Shown here: positions 25,333 to 37,799 of the stretch, in pieces
How the letters are laid out: the number at the start of each line of letters is the position of its first letter
Numbering within the stretch: the stretch's first letter is position 1
DNA from: Chiloscyllium plagiosum
Taxonomy: Eukaryota
Length of the DNA: 52,626 nt
Assembly (NCBI RefSeq): GCF_004010195.1
Contig: NW_025215376.1
Span: 124,001 to 176,626, forward strand
Direction of reading: 5' to 3'
Program-made: the position numbers and the translations under genes
The notes under the pieces: model-generated
Databases searched by the model: none
Seen by the model: the letters and a program-made list of their open reading frames with translations, nothing else
Told to the model about the DNA's origin: nothing

Positions 25333-25663
25333 GGGCAGCACGGTGGTACAGTGGTTAGCACTGCTGCCTCACGGCTCCAGAGACCCGGGTTCAATTCCCA
25401 GCCTCAGGCAACTGTCTGTGTGGAGTTTGCACATTCTCCCCGTGTCTGCGTGGGTTTCCTCCGGGTGCTCCGGTTTCCTCCCACAGTCCAACAATGTGCA
25501 GGTCAGGTGAATTGGCCATGCTAAATTGGCCATTGCCCGTAGTGTTAGGTGAAGGGGTAAATGTAGGGGAATGGGTCTGGGTGGGTTGCTCTTCGGAGGG
25601 TCGGTGTGGACTTGTTAGGCCGTAGGGCCTGTTTCCACACTATAAGTAATCTAATCTCATCTA
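25333..25663 (+). mobile_element. HE1-type SINE, near full length
   Basis: gggcagcacggtggtacagtggttagc head, B-box ggttcaattcc, taatct tail. Confidence 0.92.
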
Positions 25664-26261
25664 AAACAAAATGCACACCAATAAAGGTTTAGGATGGGAA
25701 ACATGACAAGAGTTAACTTGGATACATCACAATTGCTCGCTGATGTGGGGAGAATGTTATGCGTACAATTTCTCATCTCCATACACTAGGTCACTGGATC
25801 ACAAATTGTACTCTTTGGAAATTTGAAACAACGCAGATCAATATTCAATTCTGTAAATAAATCTGTTTAACCAAAATGGCAGTTGAAATTATTTTGGGGA
25901 ATGGGTTTGAAGAACAATACAGTTACATGTTGTAGCAAAAAATATCAAAATTTTCTTAAGCTATTATATGAGATACATACCGTACAGCATGCTTCTTTAG
26001 CTACTGAGTCAGTACAACGGATTGTGTATTGCTTTTCAATGTGCATTAAAGCAGATGAATATTGCTTGTGGTTAAAGCAGCGTAACATGAGACTCCTGTA
26101 GTGTAATGGAATCACTCACCTATTGACCATGGAAGCCGAGTTTGAAGTCCCACTTTTTCAGGTTGTAATAATGTGTCTTAGCAGCTTTTATCTTAAATAC
26201 ATGTTTTTTAAAAAGCAATGTAATAGCAAAACAAGATTTTGACTGGCCACATTCTAACTAT

Positions 26262-26324
26262 CTGGGATACCCACAGCAGCAACAAATGGATAGTAAATTG
26301 CAGAAGAGATGGTGGTTCGTGTAT
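26262..26324 (-). pseudogene. Degenerate orphan GPCR exon 1
   Basis: ATA in place of ATG, 63 nt (7-nt deletion), AIYYPFVAAVGIP, donor GT changed to AT; no exon 2 seen between here and gene A. Confidence 0.85.
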
Positions 26325-26380
26325 GTTGTTTCACAAATAATAATCTCTCTGCAACTTCAAAACAATCAAATGATGCAGCC

Positions 26381-26388
26381 TTTATATA
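26381..26388 (-). promoter_or_regulatory. TATA box of the orphan exon 1
   Basis: TATATAAA on minus strand at the same 57-nt offset. Confidence 0.6.
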
Positions 26389-28503
26389 TATTACAAAATG
26401 CCACACAAACACTATTAGGTTACAGCTTTCATAGTGCCAGTAAAATTCCTGTTTAACTGTGATTGGGAGCATTGTTTTCCTTCTATTCCTTGAAACGAAT
26501 TATCACAATGTCATCAAGCAAAGAAAATGAACCAAAAGGTTGCTTTGGAAAGAGGCTACCTATTTATTTCTTCACACTCTAGAGTAAACAAAGGTAAACT
26601 TTGCAAATGGCGTGATACATTTTGAAAAATGTCTGTCCACTGTCTATAAGACCCCTTGGTTATGTCCACGCTCCCCTGAGGAACACACTAGCTTTCATCA
26701 CTGTTACCAGTCCAAATGTATAAACTTGAACGCAGTTCTTTCTTTTATAGCATGGAGTAAATAACAAGGACTTACCTATTACAAATGATAAAAGCAATAT
26801 TGGCATCTTTGCCTTATTTACAACTGGCACTGCAGTTTCTATACTTGTCATAATTCTTTAACGTTTCAACCAACCTGTGCCTCTTTTGTAGGGCATATTA
26901 GGGTCGAAGATATATTTTCCTTTCCCAACTCTGAGGATATGACGCTCTCAATATAATAACAGAGCTTAAAGGATCACGTGACGTTTGCTAGAGTAAAACT
27001 AAAAACATACTTCCATAATCTTATGGCGTTTAATATATTTTGAATGAGACTATGGAATGTGGAATGATGTGTCAGGCATGTGATCATAGCATCATTTGCT
27101 CAGGCAACCAAAAGGCTTGTTGCCTAACTGACTTCGAACTGCATTTCGCTGAGTGAATTCAGGAAAGTGAGTTTAGCTTATATTATGGAGCAAGGAGGAA
27201 TCTTGTGAAGATTGGCTGAAATGAAGTTTCTTACATCATTTCCAAACCTTGCATTTACATGCGATATCAAGAGATTTCTAGAAATATATGTAGGTATTGA
27301 ATATTTTCGGATATATTACCACTTCCAAACAATCGCTGTTCCTCACAGTAAACCATGGTGTTGCCCAGGTTTCTTTATACAACAGGTAAAGTTGACATTG
27401 TCGCCATCGTGTCAGGCAAACGTCAAGAAGCTAAGGCAGTTCTATCAAATGACAGGAGTTCCTCCCTTCCCCTCCAAACTTCATGAAAACGTTTAATTGA
27501 TTGTATTAATTTGAGTTTATGTGCTGTCTAATCACAAATGATGAATCAGGAGCAGAAAAGGTTTGTTTCTTTTAAATCAGAAATTAAACCAAGACCATAA
27601 GATGTGGCAAATATTACTTTGGCAGTGTGATTAGCTCTTTAACATTGTGGCTTTGATTTCAAAGGCAGGCATCTCTGGAACTCATCTCTTTTGTCCATTT
27701 TGGACCAATATTGAAATGCAGAAAGCTTTGCTGTTGTCCATATTACTGTAGTTCATTAATTATAAGTATCAGGATGATGAAGAAAACAGTAAATAATGAA
27801 AATAAAATTAGAAATGAATACAAAATATATCCTTTGCGATTTTGGGGAGTATGTGTAAAAATGAAGCTATTTGTAACAATAAAATCAGTCTTTTGTAGGC
27901 AGATGTAGTTGATATTTCTGTTGATAGAGTGTATTTGAACACAAATCGCACAAGGAGAGCATGCAGGTACAGTAAATATCGAACTGAGCAACTCTGGTCC
28001 TGATTGATAAAGATTTGGAATACAAGCATCAATATGAGTTGTTGTAATCATGGGTTTACCGCATCCACACTTAAAATAGCCCGCACAGGCGTACAATCCA
28101 ATGGGAGCATGGATGCATTGACATAATTATTGTGAATGCAAGTATTGATGTCACTTGTGGAATGTATTTGGTGGAGAAGTTACATTTTAGCTGAGAGACA
28201 GTGGATTGTCAGGAAACTAGAGTGGATAGTCTGAAGTACGAAGATGTGTGAGCGAAGCTGCCATGATGAGAACTGATTGTTTGGCTCCAGAATGTAGAAT
28301 TGCAATTTGTTTTGGGGCAACAGAGAATCTCAGAGTCAGAGGTGGTTAATGTCAAAATCTCTTTATCCGGAACATGCAGGTGAAATATCTAAACTCTTCA
28401 ATCCTTCCCTTTCAAGATCTTCCACTTTCTCTCAACCGCTCCCTCTTGCTTTCTCTGAAAAATGGACAACACGCACAACAACCTCATAAAATGTGCTCAC
28501 CAA

Positions 28504-29403
28504 CTAAGAATTTGTTACAATATTACTCACTTGATATTTCACTATTTTCATTAACTCCTGTCTGAATTTCGCCTGAGTTACTGCATAAATGAATGTATTA
28601 GTGCAGCAGCTCAAAAACACAAGCATGTATCCACTTTCTTGAAGGATATATATGGTGTCATTGTAACCCGTATAAGAATAAGCATTAGCAACTCTAAAAT
28701 ACACATAATGGATTGCGAATGTCAACCATAATAACAGAAAATTGCCAGATATACTGAAGAGTAAAATTATAGACTTTCTTCTGTTCTTCATCTCGGGATC
28801 AAGCTTATTTTCAGCTCTGGTGTTAACGCAAAGTGCTTTACGAGCTTTGCTCACCGCTATTATATATCTCACAGTGAGAGTATTCAGCATCAAAACAAGA
28901 AAAAAATGGCAGAAATGGAGTTGCAATATGACCAAAATAAGAAAATGTGAACCACAGGGGTGAAATATAAAAGATTGATCTTATCTAGCAATACCAAGGA
29001 AAGTTGTTAATTATGTACATAGGTTCATACACAAAGTACCAGGGAATGTTCATAATGCAACTCAGAGTGAGTACCATCCCTACGACCAGAGTTGCAATTT
29101 GTTTTGTGCAATAGTGGGTCTTCAGTTTTTGAAAACAGATAGCTATAAACCGATCAAAAGTGAATGCCACAGTAAACCACACAGAGCAGTCTCTTGTTAA
29201 ATAAACCAAGGCACTTTTGGTTCGACACAGCGGAGTCAGTGATAGATAATTTTTGGGAAAGTAAATGCCAATTATCCGATTGAGTATCACACCAATAATG
29301 ACAACCGAGAGGCCCGCTGCAGCCATAGCCATCAGATAGTAAGTGATCCATTTAGAAAGACCACCCCTTCCCTGGGCCAAAATCGCAATCACCATGATGT
29401 TAA
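28504..29403 (-). pseudogene. GPR139-like GPCR pseudogene B, exon 2
   Basis: Acceptor ttttccaacag|TT AAC; VNIMVIAILAQGRGGLSKWITYY..DRF..PWYC then TAG at 28987-28985; +1 frameshift in the A7 run at 28900-28906; TM2 Asp changed to Gly (MAAAGL); ends CCTNTFIY..VTNS*. Confidence 0.92.
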
Positions 29404-30955
29404 CTGTTGGAAAAGTAAACAGATAAGACACTTGATTAGCTAGATGTTAAGAAAAGTAAACTGTTTTTTTTCAATCAATACGCATTTGTTTCAGTGTATG
29501 TTTATTGCAGGCCTTACAGAATCGTAAAATTTGGGTAGATTAGGCTTTTTCAGATACCAAGCGATGTGCAAACAATATTAGACAGACAATCTTCAATGTC
29601 TTGGTATATATATCCTACTACAAATGGTGATCATATTCTTTTGACTGGAAGATCAACTATGTACAAACTGTTTGGATTCCAATTGCCCTGATCTACATTT
29701 CTTCTTTCATAAATTTCATGAAACCAAATAATCATGAATCACAGAAGGGCAGTAGTATAGAAGGGGACCATTCATCCAATTGTGCCTGCACCAATCCTCA
29801 AATGCACATGCTGACTTAGAGTCAGTATCTTGTTTTCACTTCCTTGCCATAAACTTGCACAATGATTCTATTTTTATAATCATGTCGCACCATCATCATG
29901 TAGCACCATCCTTACTGTGTCAACTGAAGCTTCCTCCATCCCACTTTCAGACTTTGCATTCCAAGATAGTATGTTTGATGTTATTTCTGGAAGCTGTCTG
30001 TCGCTACATCACTGCTGTACTCATGTTATGCTGAAACACTTGCTGATAAATAAAAATGTTTCCAAACTACATGCATGCAACCTGTGATTCTGAAAGTTGT
30101 TACAATAATTTTCTTAAAAATTTAATAATAAGAAAGTCGTGAATTGTTAGAAGTCATAAGGGGAAGCATCAGAATAGGGCATGATTCTGGTAGGTCCATG
30201 CCTTAGCGTGAAATTTGAAAACCTTTTTCATGATATTATAGGTTTGGTACCACAAATCAATTTGAATAATTAACTTCTACATAACTAGCACAAAACTAAA
30301 CACAAATGGGTTCGTTAAGACCACGACGTGCATTTCACTAGAAAAACGTTTGAGAGTAATGAACTATTAAGATGGAAATTTCCAATAAATTCAGAAAGGG
30401 TGAAGCAGGTTGAACAGCAGTGTCCATCGAGTCTGGCAATGCAAGTGACCCATTCAGCAAGTCTAACTATCTAAATGGGCTGAATTCAATTAATTAGAAT
30501 TTAACATGTTTGTGGCTTTAGCCATACAGTTGAATGACAACAGGTATTGACTGACCTGAAGAAAATTGTGCGCATCACTGAATATTCCAACATGCAATTG
30601 AAATCAAAATACTGCAGCTGTTGGAAATCTGAAACCAACTGGGAAAATACAAGAGACATTCTGACCACTTGAGAACTAGATGCATTTCACAGGAATCGGA
30701 ATGTTAACTCTGCCTTTCTCTCCACAGTTGCCCGCAGACCAGCTGAGGTCTTCCAGTATATTTTTTATGTTCATTCTAACTTGCAATCTGGTTTTAGAAC
30801 GAATTATTTTGCTGACGATAGTGCACACCTGATTATAATGGATTACTTTGTATATGATGACTTTCCTTTTGAAATTAAAGAATAAAGTCATAATTTGCAA
30901 AACGCACTATTACACAGTGTGTAACAAAACATCATCAGTGACTTCAAAGGCCAAT

Positions 30956-31268
30956 AGCACGCAGTTAGTGGCTCAGTGGTTAGCAGCTGCCTCACAGTAT
31001 CAGGGTCCCAGGTTCAAGTTCAGCCTCGGGCAACTGTCTGTGTGGAGTTTGCACTTTCTCTCCGTGTCTGCGTGGGTTTTCTCCGGGTGCTCCGGTTTCC
31101 TCCTACGGTCCGCTGATGTGCAGGTCAGGTGAATTGGCAGTGCTAAGTTGCCCACAGTGTTAGGTACATTAATCAGAGGGAGATGGGTATGGGTGGATTG
31201 CTCTTCTGAGGGTCAGTGTGGACATGTTGGGCTGAAGGGCCTGTTTCCACACTGTAGGGATTCTAATT
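30956..31268 (+). mobile_element. HE1-type SINE
   Basis: gtggctcagtggttagc A-box, conserved core and tail. Confidence 0.9.
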
Positions 31269-31957
31269 CAGTGGCACTGAACAACAGATTTATGGAATGG
31301 GTGCCTTTGTGATTCAGCTGGCTCAACAATCTGAGAAATATTGACTTCAGCGTGAGTCTTTAGTATGACCAGAGCTGTTAAAGAAATGCATACCTATATT
31401 GAAGCAAATATTTAAAGTTTCATTTTGTCAATATTCAGAATGTTTCACAGATGTCAAACTAACAACTAATATCAGCATTTAGACAAGTTGTACATTGCAG
31501 ATTGACAGGTTTACACAATAAATGCAATTGGAATTTAATGAAAATAATTTTCAAATTTGGGGTGTTGCTGTCTAGGAAATACGGATCAGATGGAATGAAA
31601 CTTGGCTGGTTCAATGCTTTCCATTCATTGGTTTTCCTTCACCATGTAGATGATGTATATCATCCATAAGAAACCGAGTAAACTTCACTGACTGAAACAT
31701 ACTATCATTTTAAGCCAGATTCTCATTACTCACTGAAGTTTTGGAATGAAAATAAAATGTCACTATTCACTGAGCCTCACAAAATACAAGGGTTTCATGA
31801 TTTTTTTGCAAAATCACAGAATTTCCTTCTTTATTAACAGAAGGTTGAAAGGATATCTGACTGAGGTATCTGCATTTATCCATAATGGCTATTTCTCTCA
31901 AATAAATTAGTTTCATCTACAGGTAAATAATTATGTACCTTCCACACATAACCCTAT

Positions 31958-32132
31958 CTCTCCTTTAGTTCTCCACCCTGGAGGCTCCCTGCCTCCATTC
32001 CTGATGAAGGGCTTTTGCCCGAAAAGTTGATTTCCCTGCTCCTCGGATGCTGCCTGACCTGCTGCGCTTTTCCAGCACCACTCTGATCTAAACTCCGGTT
32101 TCCAGCATCTGCAGTCCTCGCTTTTGCTTATG
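31958..32132 (+). mobile_element. Short Penelope-derived element, 9-bp TSD, partly decayed hammerhead core
   Basis: taaccctat at 31949-31957 and 32133-32141; ctgatga-a-gggc-tttt-gccc-gaaaagtt at 32001-32028. Confidence 0.8.
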
Positions 32133-32169
32133 TAACCCTATGAGTTCATGCCCGAATCCACTTACGGAC

Positions 32170-32430
32170 AGAAATATAGAAAATAGTCAGGCTTCAGGTA
32201 TTTGGTTCTTCGGGATTACTGCTCCATTCAACTTGATCATGGCTAATTGCCCAACTCAGGAATTTTTGTTCTGCCCTCCGTATCAATGCGCTTTTATCTC
32301 TTTAATTCTCAGAGCTATACATCGAAATCTTTCTTGAAAACAATTAATGTTTTGGCCTCAACCACTTTCTGTGGCAGCGAATTCCGTAGACTCGTCACTC
32401 AATGGTTCAAGAAGACTCCCCTGTACTCAC
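32170..32430 (-). mobile_element. Old CR1 3' end fragment
   Basis: ttggcctcaaccactttctgtggcagcgaattcc resembles the CR1 3' end at 3330-3365. Confidence 0.55.
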
Positions 32431-33023
32431 GTGCAGACAGATGGGTGAAATACATGGTTTTATGAGTGACAGTTAAAACTGGAAATAAACTTCATTGTCC
32501 TTGTCCATTGTGTTCACTGAGATAATCATTTGTCATGTGAGACCTTCTTTCTCCTCTATCTCTCTTGGACACATACTTTCCGTCTAGCAGGAAGGGACAG
32601 GGGACTGTTTCACAACGTGTAAAGTGCCATGTTAAGAGCAACAGCTTACAACAAATAATACAAACAGATAAGTTTGCCTTTCTTCAGGCTGTGGTTCTGT
32701 TTTAGTGAAGAGAATGGGACGGCAGCTCTATTACCAGCTGTCTGGCTATCGTATTCTTATCCCAAAGCTCTTCAGCTACTTAGAAGCAAATCACATAGCT
32801 TGCAGCCAGAAGTTGTTTGTCACGAACAGCATCAACTCTCCACAGATCAATTAACTAATTTATGATGGTCATATCTCATTTTGTGCATATTTCATGCTGC
32901 TTTTGCATCTGCAACTAAACTGTCATATTGTCAAACAATGAACAACGTAAACTAAATGCTGTTAATTAAAACAATTGCTAGTTAAGTTGCAAATCATTCC
33001 ACAATCAGTTTTAAATCAGACCT

Positions 33024-34049
33024 TTGTCCTGGCGATGTACTTTTTCCGTCAGGTGTGTAACCTCAACTACGACACGTAGCTCCTGTTCGTCGACCGTGAT
33101 GGTTTGGAGGTCGCCCTCAAGACGCTGCCTGTCTTTTACCAGGACCTGATCACTGTCTGGAACATGGTCGAATCGCGTCGCGCCTACCCTCCGGCTGGAG
33201 TCGCGGCTGTCGTCAGGGAGCCGTTGCTCAGGAATCCGCACCTCCGTACTCGCGGGTTCGAGTGGCTGTCGGAGGGGAGGGCCGCGGCGGCGAGGGTGAC
33301 CAGGGTCGGGGACGTGCTGGGTGCCGGGGGCCTGGGCTGGACGCTGCCGCAGGACATAGCAGGCAAGGCAGCGGTAGACGTCCGGTACGTGGCCACCGCC
33401 ATCCGACACCTTAAAAGGGCGGTGCTCGGACCCGACGTAGTGCACCAGTTGGAGGACGCTCAGGTGTGCGGTGGGATCCCGTCCGCGCTCACCCCAGCCC
33501 GGCCGGAATTTCACATTGGCCCCAAGGTCCCGTACTCCCCGCGGGAGCCCGTGCCCCACAACCTGAGCCGCCTCCGAAATATTAATTTTGCTTTGTTTAG
33601 GGAGGTGAAGAGAAAGGCCCTGTACAGACTGNNNNNNNNNNNNNNNNNNNNNNNNNNNNNNNNNNNNNNNNNNNNNNNNNNNNNNNNNNNNNNNNNNNNN
33701 NNNNNNNNNNNNNNNNNNNNNNNNNNNNNNNNNNNNNNNNNNNNNNNNNNNNNNNNNNNNNNNNNNNNNNNNNNNNNNNNNNNNNNNNNNNNNNAAAAAA
33801 AATTAAAAAAAGGGAAGTGTCACTGCCCTTTGATGTGAAGGGCAGTGTTTGTCACTGGCCACTCGGGTGTTTTCCTATCTTCCTGGTGGTGGAAATTGAA
33901 TAAAGATTCGTGCACTTTGTGTGTCTCACTGTGTCTCACACCTGCACACACACACCATGGGTGCTGGGGAAAAAATAAGCACTACCACAGTTAGGCGGTA
34001 GTGTGTGTGTGTGTGTGGGGCGGGGGAGGGGGTTTAAAAAAAAGAAAAA
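33024..34049 (+). mobile_element. 5'-truncated Tx1/L1-clade LINE (GC-rich ORF2 C-terminal part, gap, 3' UTR, A-tail) with 11-bp TSD
   Basis: CpG-rich ORF 33104-33631 (LPVFYQDLITVWN..VVREPLLRNP) resembles post-RT ORF2 of Tx1-type elements; A-rich tail at 34036-34052; aaatcagacct at 33013-33023 and 34050-34060. Confidence 0.75.
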
Positions 34050-34284
34050 AAATCAGACCTCTTCCTATTTCTGTCTGCAATCAAAAATAAGCAATTGCAA
34101 TCGAACATTCTGTACATCTTAAATATGACATCGATATTACAAGAAATTGGAAGAGATAAAAACAGAGAGAAAAAAAAGTGAATGCGAGCCAGGGAAAGAA
34201 AACCAGCCAAGTGATACAGGAGCAGAATAGTGGAAGAAAAAAAATACAGATCATGGCGGAAGTCGATCAAAGAATATTGGGAGT

Positions 34285-34515
34285 AAAAGCATAATCTGCT
34301 GGAGAAAGTCAACAGGTCTGCCAGCATCTGTAAGAAGTGAAACAAAATTAACATTTCAAGTCAATGACTCTTCAGAATGGATCCGTTCTGATGAGAGATC
34401 ACTGGCCTGGAACGTTACCTTTTTGTCTCTCTCTCTCTCTCTCTCTTGACAGATGTTGCATGACCTGCAGAAACCAGCGCTTTCTGCTTTGTTTCAGATT
34501 TCCAGCATTTGCAGT
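34285..34515. mobile_element. Old Penelope-derived fold-back element with decayed hammerhead core
   Basis: tgctggagaaagtcaacaggtctgccagcatctg..cagatgttgcatgacctgc..tttcagatttccagcatttgcag; ctgatga..ggaacgtt from 34388. Confidence 0.6.
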
Positions 34516-35260
34516 TCGTCATGTTTATCTTAAAGGATGTTGTGATATTATTGAAACAAATACCTGTGGAATAAACTTGATTGATACACGTGACAAGTGC
34601 ATGAACACTGGCATTGATAAAACTAAATCGTACATACAATATCATTTTGGATTCGTGTTATATACTGTTTATAAAGTGCACACAAATAAAGGGTTAGTAT
34701 GGAAAACATCAGAACAGTTCAGTTGGAGAGATCACAGTTGCTCGCTGAATTGGGAGGATGTTAAGCGCATAGTATTTCTCACCGCCATACAATACTGGAT
34801 CACAGTCTGTACCCTTTGGAAGTTGAAAGCAAGACATATCGATAATCAAATCTGCAATTAAATCTGTTTACCCAAATTGTCAGTTGAAAAAGAAATGCAG
34901 TTACACGCTGAAGCAAAGAACAGCCAAAAGTCCGCACAATGTTGTTTAATGAAAATAATATAAGATAGGCTTGTTTAGCTTCTGAGTCATTGCCACAGAT
35001 TGTATGATGATTTTGCATGTGCATTAGTCCAAGTGAATCATATAGTAGAAATGTGGCAAAAATCAGCGTAACATGGGGCTCCTGTGGTGTCGGGGTGGTT
35101 CACTCGCCTCTTGGCCATGGCAGCTGAGGTTGAAGTCCCACTTATTCAGATGGTGTGTAATCAGTTGTCTGAGGAGGTTGCTTTAGAAATGTCGGTCAAA
35201 CAAAAAAAAAATACACACAATGTGAATGCAACACAGGATTTAACTTACAATTCAATTTAC

Positions 35261-35330
35261 CTGGGACACCCACAGCAGCAAGAAATGGGTAGTAAATTGC
35301 ATATACCAATACAAATGGTGGTTAGTGCAT
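35261..35330 (-). pseudogene. GPCR exon 1 with TAA at codon 3; nearest upstream first exon to pseudogene B exon 2
   Basis: ATG CAC TAA CCA CCA..AIYYPFLAAVGVP+G|GTAAAT, 70 nt; flanks match the orphan exon at 26262-26324. Confidence 0.88.
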
Positions 35331-35386
35331 GTTGTTTCAGAAATGGTAACCTCTCTGCAACTTCCAAACGACCAGATAGTGCAGTC

Positions 35387-35394
35387 TTTATATA
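35387..35394 (-). promoter_or_regulatory. TATA box upstream of the 35330 exon 1
   Basis: TATATAAA on minus strand at the 57-nt offset. Confidence 0.65.
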
Positions 35395-37799
35395 GAACAC
35401 AAAATCCCACACGGACACCATTAGGAAACAGGTTTCGTAGAGTGAGTACCACTCCTCTTTAACAATGATTGGGAGCATTGCTTTCATTCTATTCCTCTAT
35501 ATTAATCATCCGAGCGCCATCAAGCCAAGGAAAAGAGCAAAATGGTTTCTTTCTTTATTTGGAAAGATGAAACTTATTTGTAAATTCGCATTGTAGAGTT
35601 AACAAAGGTGAACGGTGCAAATGAAGCGGTGCATTTTGAAAACAAAAGAAATTCTGTCCTCTGTTTATTATATTCCGTATTTAAGTCAGCACTCCTGAAG
35701 GACACATTAACTTGCGCCACTATCACCAAGTCAAATGATATAAATTTGATCAGCATTCTGTGTTTTATGGAGAGAAACAAATAACAAGGACTTACCTAAT
35801 ATAAATGATAAAACAAACAACTTGACAATTCAATTATTTTCCTTGTTTGCAACTCACAGTGCAGTTTGCTGTGCTGCACATCTGTTTTAAAGTTTTCAAC
35901 TGCAACGTGCCCTCCTTTTCTAGAGGGCACGTTGCAGTTGCACATTGGTTCACCTACTCAAAATCTAAGGATCTTATGATCTCAATACAGCAACAGAAGG
36001 ATCACGTTGCGTTTGCTAAATTTCAATTGGAATCATAATTCCAGAATCTTATGGTGTTTAATATGTTTTGAATTTGATGTCAGAATGTGGGAGGATGTAT
36101 CAGGTGTGTGACCGTAACAGTATCAATGTGCTCCGGCAACACCAAAAATCTTGCAAGTGTGGGGTAGCTGTCAAAGAAAGATGTTTTTGCATTCAAACGC
36201 CTTTGACATGCTATCTTTCCCAAATCGATGGCAAAGTGAAGAGGAAATGCAATGAATTTCCATAAAATCTGCCACCTTCGGCATAAGCTTATGTCAATAT
36301 CAGTAAAGCACCGCGCAAACACTATGGGGACCACTACTTATCTTCTATGTTTCTCATTTCTGCTGTGGATCTGTGTTTTGCAGTTAAGGAGTGAGCTTAG
36401 AAATTTGAAGAGAAGCTTGCTAAAATAAAAAGGACGGAACAAAATACTGCTGTGAAACTGACTTGGAAAGGTATTGCAGGTTAATTATTTGTCTGAAGAA
36501 ACTGTAAATGATTCAGCACTTAGATGCTGTTAGGCTCAGGGTCTGGCAGCTGGCGGGTGTTGCATTGGTCTCTCAAGTGAGAACCAGTAATGGCCAACCA
36601 ATAATAGTGAATGTTGGAAAAGAAAGACAAGAGAAGATGGAACTGGTTTCATTTGAATTACGAGCGGGAGGTAGATTTGCCTCGGAAGTTGCTAATTTGG
36701 GATGTGCTTTCCCTATTTATTCCCATCTATTGTCTTGTTGAAGGTTTCGAAAAAGAAACCCAATCTATTAGGAGGAAGTAAAACTCTCCAGAATACCGTG
36801 GAAGGTATTTGCATTGACCAGTGATGCCAGAATTTAAGTTCAATATTCAGTCTGCATGTTTGTTAAACATTTCACAAAGACCTGGTGTCCTTTGACGACA
36901 ACGTTACGGAATTGGCAAATTACGATTATTTTATTGTCATTTTAACTTATCCCTTAACTGCATCCGTCTGTCTGTCTATCTGTCTGTCGGTGTGTGAATG
37001 GGTGTTTAAGATCCAAGAATGTTGCATTTATCTCAAAATTAATTAGATTGCCTTTGTCCATCGAAAGTTACATTTTCCATCATAACTTGTTACTGATTCT
37101 TTCAATTCTATAGTTGGTCCTCTTGTTTGTAAAGTCTGGTTGGGAACAATCGTTGACGTCACCAAATGCTTTCATTTCATTGGGTTGCAAATCCAGTGAT
37201 TGCGAGGCTGAATTGATTTTTATTGTTACCCCTGTGCCATATATTTCTACCTATTTATATAGAAATTGAGAAACGGAACTGTTGTGTCAGAAGATATGAA
37301 ATGGTTTAATTTGGCACCTAGAATATTGAAGTTGCTACCTAGAGGTACGCGTAAGACATTTGTCAGCTGAATCATCATCTGCACACATTGAAATAGTGAC
37401 ATGAGCATAATTTATTTAAAAAAATATAATAGATGCTAGTATTTTAATGAAAAGCAGGAAGCCATTTCACTGATGTATTATAACAGACCATTGAACAAAC
37501 ACCAGATACTGTTTTGCCCACTCGGTGTTTTGCCCACAACAGTTCCTTGTGACTGACGATTCCCCCGACTCACTAACCTCTGGTTACGAACAACATCCTC
37601 CTCCTGATCAGTCCTATATGGCCTACCTTGCATCTTATGCTGCGAGCATCTTGTTCTGGAATTTAAAACCACAGATGATCTTTCTTTTTATCGGCTCTCT
37701 TTAATTATACTAGAAATTTATAGATTTCTGTGAGACCCTCCGCTCATTCCTCCAAACTTCGATGATCATAGTATTAACAGAGCCAATCTTTCTTCATAC

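Noticed and set aside
33011..33559. 182-aa minus-strand ORF
   Set aside because: Antisense shadow of the GC-rich LINE ORF on the plus strand.
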